This document shows, piece after piece, positions 58,698 through 64,000 of a stretch of 64,000 nt of DNA. This DNA comes from Klebsormidium nitens. Lineage: Eukaryota; Plantae; Klebsormidiophyceae. A program made the position numbers and the translations under genes. The notes beneath the pieces are model-generated. The model ran no database searches. It saw only the letters and a program-made list of their open reading frames with translations, and had not been told where the DNA came from. The stretch is taken from the NCBI GenBank assembly GCA_000708835.1, contig DF237257.1, positions 1 to 64,000 of the forward strand. Reading direction: 5' to 3'. Within the stretch, counting starts at the first letter, position 1; every line of letters begins with the position of its first letter.

Positions 58698-61600
58698 ATG
58701 GCTGGCAAGCTGAACGACCTGCGGACTCCCAGCTTTGGGAGTCCCAGGCTTGACCCTGCTTTCGAGCTCTCAGCTCAATCAGAGTTTGTGGACGGGTCCA
58801 CCCTGTACGACTCGCTGAAGCAGCAGCCTCGAATGCTCTTTAATTCAGACTCTGACAACCAGTCTCGCGGACGCCTATCCTCTTTTGCTGGTAGCAGAGA
58901 CAGGCTTCTCTCCAAGGGCCGGGAGTCTACACCACTGGAGGTGTCTTTCCAGAATGATGATGTCATTGGGGTTGCTCACAGACCAAAGAGGTTTGCTTCC
59001 AATCGCACGCCGGAGCTGCACGATACTCAACCGACTCCAACAAGCAATGTGGCAGAGTCAGAGGCGGATATGATCACGCGCCAGCGGCTGGTTTCACAGA
59101 AGTTGCTCGGGAAGAAACCTTCCAAGGGCCCTCCTGGTGTTCAGCAAGAGGCAGGGCAGCTGACTGAGCACCTACTCAGCTCCCAGTCCCCTCCTCCAAG
59201 TAAAGCCAGCTTCAGCAATACGAACTGGCAGGCGGATCAGATACTCATGTCCCAACCAGAGCTGACATCAGCGCCAGCCACTGGTCCCCAGCCTGCCAGG
59301 CAGGAATTCACACCCGTTGGGCCAGGCGCCTTTTCGCACCCCAACCCTCAGCTGCTCCAGAATCTGCTCATGGCTCAGATGCAGCAACAGCAGTTGCACC
59401 CCATCTACTGGCCATACCTGCAGGCGCACCAGTACGCACCTGTACACACTAGTCAATCCAGTACACACCAGTACACGCCTCCTTTTCCTCCCTGGCCCGC
59501 ACCTTCCGCCCCAACGCACTTCAATAATGCAACTAGACCGAGTTTCAAAGCTCCCCCCAACCAACCAGAGACTGAGCTAAGGTCAACAAGCACCACGAAA
59601 TGGGAGCCCGCCAGCAAAGAAGGCAACTCGGACACAGGAGAGGAAGGCGCGCCGCTAGAGGCCTTGAGCGATCTAGTGGCAAAGGAGCGGGCAAGTCAGG
59701 AGCTCATTGCTGAGCTGAGAAGTGCGTTAGAGGAGGAGAGGCAATCGAAACAGATTGCGGAGAATAAGAACAGGGGCCTGGAGGAAGCGCTGGCGGGAGC
59801 GAGATCTAGGGAGCGGGAGCTAGAAGACCAGGCAAGTCAATGTGGTCAATTTGAAGTTCTTAGCATTGTAGGTTGGCAGTTCTGTTTGTTTGATTGACAT
59901 TGCTTCGCTCAATCTTGGGTATCTGAAAATCGAGACAGAAGACAAAACCTGTGAAGCATCGAAACTTGCAGACTGAAGTACCGAGGCAAGCTGACAGCCT
60001 CCCACTTGCGGCTGCGCAAAACTTTGATACGACGTCCCTTTCTCTTGACAGCTCTCTCACGTGAATGTCTGATCATGATCGGACACCCGCTTGCTTTGGA
60101 AAAAGTGGACGGGCAACTTAGGAGATCCGCACCACGGTTTCTTGCTACGCTGGTCTTGGCATTTGCTCTCGAACCTCGTGATCATCACTTTCGGAGGCTG
60201 ATGCGTGGGGGCAAAAATGTCTAATCTTGCCAGAGGTCTCTCTGCTATCACCATCGAGTCAAAGTGTGAAACGTGGCAGGTCAACTCCTCGTCCTCTGCA
60301 GGTCGTCGAAGCTGTAGACCGGGCCCGTCGGTTCGAGGAGGAGGGCCGCCAAGCAAAGCATCGGCTCAAGGAGGCAGAGAAAGAACGAGAGGCGGCACGC
60401 CGCAAGATGCAGGACGATGCAGAGAAGCTGGTGCGCCTGGAGCGGAAGGACGTGCGGCTGGCTGCAGAGATTGAGGAGATTCAGGTGAATGCCCCAGAAG
60501 TCCTTGGAATGTGAAGTGTGCTTCTCCTCTCGAAATTTCTCGACACGGAGCCAAGACGAGTGAAGCTCGACACTGAAAGGAATGCGATCTAGTGAACCGC
60601 GTCAACAGCTTCAACCAAAAGAATGGCCTTGAACCCCTCAGGAAAATTGGCAAGTTTTACGTCAAACGTGCTTTACAAAGGAAACCCTTCGGCAAATGAA
60701 TCGGTGAACCAAATGGGCTTTCGATTTGGCGCACCCAAGCGACATGCGCGAGCAGACTTGAGTATTGAACCAGCAATTGCTTCCACCGTTCTCTCCTCTT
60801 CGAGCAGCGTCTGATGCGGCAAAGCTTGTGCTACACAAACGTAAGCCTTTCAACTGTGGACAGATACATCGAAGCAAGATGTGCTTGAATGAGGACATAT
60901 GGACGTGAAGCCCACGCAAGAACGCATACCTCGAAAACCCTCAGTCAGTGACATATCTCTTCCTAAGGGAGCACGTCGACGATTGGTAAGAGACGAGCAC
61001 GCGAAACGGACCCCCGACGCAGAGGCCTTCTGAAGCTTCAAGCATTCTTTCGGAAAATTGAAACCCTCCAGCCTCTCGATCGAGTCCACTTCGAAGTTTT
61101 AAGGCTTGCTTCCGAAGCCGGGGGCACAAGCCGGGAACTTCTTGAGAAGTAAAGCCTTCATTCTGAAAGAAAATCCTGTAAGTCGAAACTTATGCTAATC
61201 CCTTAATCTCCACCAGGCCCGTGACCAGGCAGAGCTGGAGGCCCTGTTGGAGGAGCGGCGGCGGCTGGATGGCGACCTAACGGAGCTGCGCAAGCTGCCT
61301 GTGGTCACCGAGCTGCTCCGGGAGGACAACGAGGCGCTGCGGGCGCGGCTGCAGCGTGCGGAGAAGGACCGGGCGAATCTGCAGGAGCTGGTGGGCGGAT
61401 TCCGGCAGAGCACAGCGGAACTGGAGCAGGCCAGCAAGTAAGGAACGGTTCGGAGAGGGGGCTTTTGGGGCGTCTCGGAACAGTCGAACCGATTTCTGAT
61501 TTCTACTTCACCTATGATAGGCGGAAGATGAAGAGGCCTTAGGTAGACCAATCGTATAATCTGGCATATCTAGACAATGCATGTTCGACTGTTTTTGGGA

Positions 61601-63954
61601 GACTCTGGACCGTTTGCTGACGGTGCTCCGAAAATTTTGAGATTTCACAGGCCTCGTAAGATCCCTCCCCGCCGGAACTTACTCTCGGCGGCCTGTTATG
61701 CAGGCGCGCCAACGGCGAAAACGAGGCCCTGCGCAAGGAGTGCAACATGCTGAAGCTGCAGATCGCCTCCAAGGACACTTCAATCTCGCAATTACAAGTG
61801 GCGCTCTTCGCTGGTCGGGAAGAGCGAACCGACTTGTACCACAATCTTCGGAAACTAGAGGAGGCGGCGCACGCGATGGAGGGGTCCGCGGCCCCGAGCC
61901 GACGCGGCAGCTTCGGCCTCAAAAGCTACAACCCTCAGGGGGAGTCTTTGTCAGCTGCCAGGCGATTGGAAGCGTCGTTTGATAGCCTATCGTTCGGTCC
62001 AGACTCGTTTGACAAGGTTGGACTGGAAACGGGGAGCGAGACACAGGGTGGACCAGCTGATATGGGCAGGTTAGGAGGAGAAAGCAGCTCAATGGCCGCG
62101 CCTGAACCGGTTCCGTTGATCTCCAAGACGGAACGGAATGCGAACCCGAAGCACCGGGAAAATGGGCCGGGCCCAGAGACCCTGCCCCCAGCTGGTGTGT
62201 TTTCCCCGGTTGGTAGAAACCGGGCGCAGCAACTAGCGGGGGATGATATGCGCCGCAGCCTCACGATGGACCAGGAAACTGACCGGGGCGCCGTGAGTGG
62301 ATCCCGGCAGGCTGAGCGGATTCCGGCGGGAAGCGAGCGGAGTCCGGCGGCAAGCGGGAAGGTGCCAACGTCAAACGAGAGAGCGGGGCCTGCGAACGCA
62401 AGAACAGCATCGCCCAGCGAGCGGAATGCGCTGGGAGGTGAACGGAATGGCGGAAGAGCGGACGGCCCCGACTTCGGTAGAGGTGTGTCCGGCTCGGAGA
62501 TGAGGACAATGGACAGGCGCCACGTGGCAGAGCCTCCGGAGAGCAGCCGCGGACAGGCCCCCACTGTCCGGAAAGAAAGTCCGGACCGTTTCGCCACTCA
62601 GTCACGTGACCGCCCGAACAGCCCACAACGGACAGTGACTCCGCCACGATCGGCCACAGCGGAACGGATCGTAGCCAGCGGAGCGGATCGCCGACACGGC
62701 CCGGTTGATTCACCCGAGAGCGAAGTTCTTTCTAGCCAACCTAGCCTGGGGAGTGCGAGGGATCCCCCTCGGGCGCGCGAAGTTGTGCCGTTCGCGACTG
62801 AGCAGTCGTTGCGGGAGGCGATGGAAGAGACGGCGGCGATAGAGAGCAAGCTGATGGAGGTGTCACTCGAACGGAGTCAGGTACTGGTCTCATATCGCAA
62901 CCGACCCCTTCATCGGAACGGGTGTGAGTTCTGGATAGTTAGTGTGTTTCGAGTCCTTTGAAGCAGCCCTATGGAAGGTAATGCCCGGTTCACATGCGTT
63001 CTCAACTTCGCTGGTTTTGAGAAACACGTGGGCAAATTAGGCGTTCTTTTCCCTTTGCAAAACTCCTCGTCCGGTTCCCACAATTAGGCAGTTTTAGAAT
63101 TTAGTCGAGTTCCAGCAAGATTCGGTTTGCGATACTCGGCAAACACCGACATCGGTTTTGCTCGGTTTTCAAAAGTGGTGTTCATATGCGTCCGAATCTC
63201 TGGGAGCTGCCACGTCGGACAAAAACGGCCTCACCATGCCAAAACGGACGTACGCGAACCGGGCATGAGACGGTCGTTGCAGAACGAGACAAAGTATAAT
63301 CGTTAGATTCGTGACTTTCTTGTTGGTTTACAGTATTCACAAACGTCATTCTTGGACCCAAAAGCTTGCGACACGTGGCAACTTATCGACTTTGGGCTTC
63401 GTCTTCCAACTTACTGTACTCCTTTTTATCGATTCAAAACTGATAACGCGGCCCTCTTTTCTTTAGAAAGACTTGGAATCTGGTTTGCTCGAAGGATAGG
63501 TACGGGGACTAAACAAAAGAGTTGCGGGCCGTCATGTAGAGGGCTTCTTCCCATGTTGGCGGTCGAACGGCATCGACTAGCATGGAGCTTTGTTGAGCGA
63601 GTCCTACTCGCAAAGAAGCTCAGTCGATTGATTTGTCAAGTAGTGTCTCACCTCCTGTCCGAGGACCTACCAACGTCAATACGTCCTTTCTTTCACAGTC
63701 GAAGGCATCTCTGAGCAGCCTTTTGAATCTCAAAAGAACGAAACCTCAAACCGACAGAGCGTGGCTGCTCGTTAAAGGCAGCGGTCTGCGATTTGCAGCT
63801 GGAGTCCGAGTATGCCAAGCTGCCCCAGTCCGCCGGCCGCACCATGACGGAACGGCGGCGGAAGCAGGAGTTGGAGGGGCGGATCGAGGACCTGACCAAG
63901 AAGATCGGCTGGCTTCGGATGGAGCTTCGGGAGCGCCACGTGTTGCACAACTGA
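58698..63954 (+). CDS. Large disordered/coiled-coil protein with a C-terminal MPHOSPH9 (MPP9)/enkurin-like tail, 5 exons
   Basis: Exons 58698-59831 (GC donor; alternative GT donor after 59867), 60302-60484, 61217-61437, 61704-62880, 63799-63954, phase-consistent. Heptad-rich exons 2-4. The tail LESEYAKLPQSAGRTMTERRRKQELEGRIEDLTKKIGWLRMELRERHVL resembles the MPHOSPH9 end (..LEDRLERINRELGSVRMTLKKFHVL), recalled from memory. Confidence 0.75.
59832..60301 (+). other. Probable GC-AG intron in the MPHOSPH9-like gene
   Basis: GACCAG|GCAAGT is a perfect GC-donor consensus in phase 0, where the coiled-coil pattern ends. A weaker-context GT donor (ATT|GTAGGT) lies 36 nt downstream. Confidence 0.55.
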
Positions 63955-64000
63955 GGAAACGAACCATGCGAGCAGCACTAGAACGTTAGCCGTTTCGTTC

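Overview
Eukaryotic, intron-rich genomic DNA with GC-rich exons and GT-AG (occasionally GC-AG) introns. The supplied ORF track only catches exon fragments, so gene models were rebuilt by hand from splice sites and phases. Inference: the mix of land-plant-like genes (At2g25320-type multi-MATH protein, organellar EngB GTPase, BTB/NPH3-like) and ciliary/centriolar genes points to a flagellate-stage streptophyte alga (Klebsormidium-like). Contents in order: a BTB/NPH3-like pseudogene; a 9-exon nephrocystin-1 (NPHP1) homologue; an EngB/YsxC GTPase; an intronless F-box/LRR gene; a flavin amine oxidase; a 12-exon multi-MATH coiled-coil gene; a Crinkler/REase-like pseudogene; a small hypothetical gene; a decayed APE-RT LINE; a 14-exon TRIM37 orthologue (RING, B-box, coiled coil, MATH); and a coiled-coil gene with an MPHOSPH9-like tail. 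The most unusual pattern is that at seven or more introns in three genes, the intron 3' end has been tandemly re-duplicated just upstream of the true acceptor. At five sites the copies include the acceptor and first 25-110 nt of the exon; at two they cover only the branch-point region. Some copies could yield in-frame alternative products, and in one series the AG is mutated in both copies. Homology calls come from remembered family motifs, not database searches.
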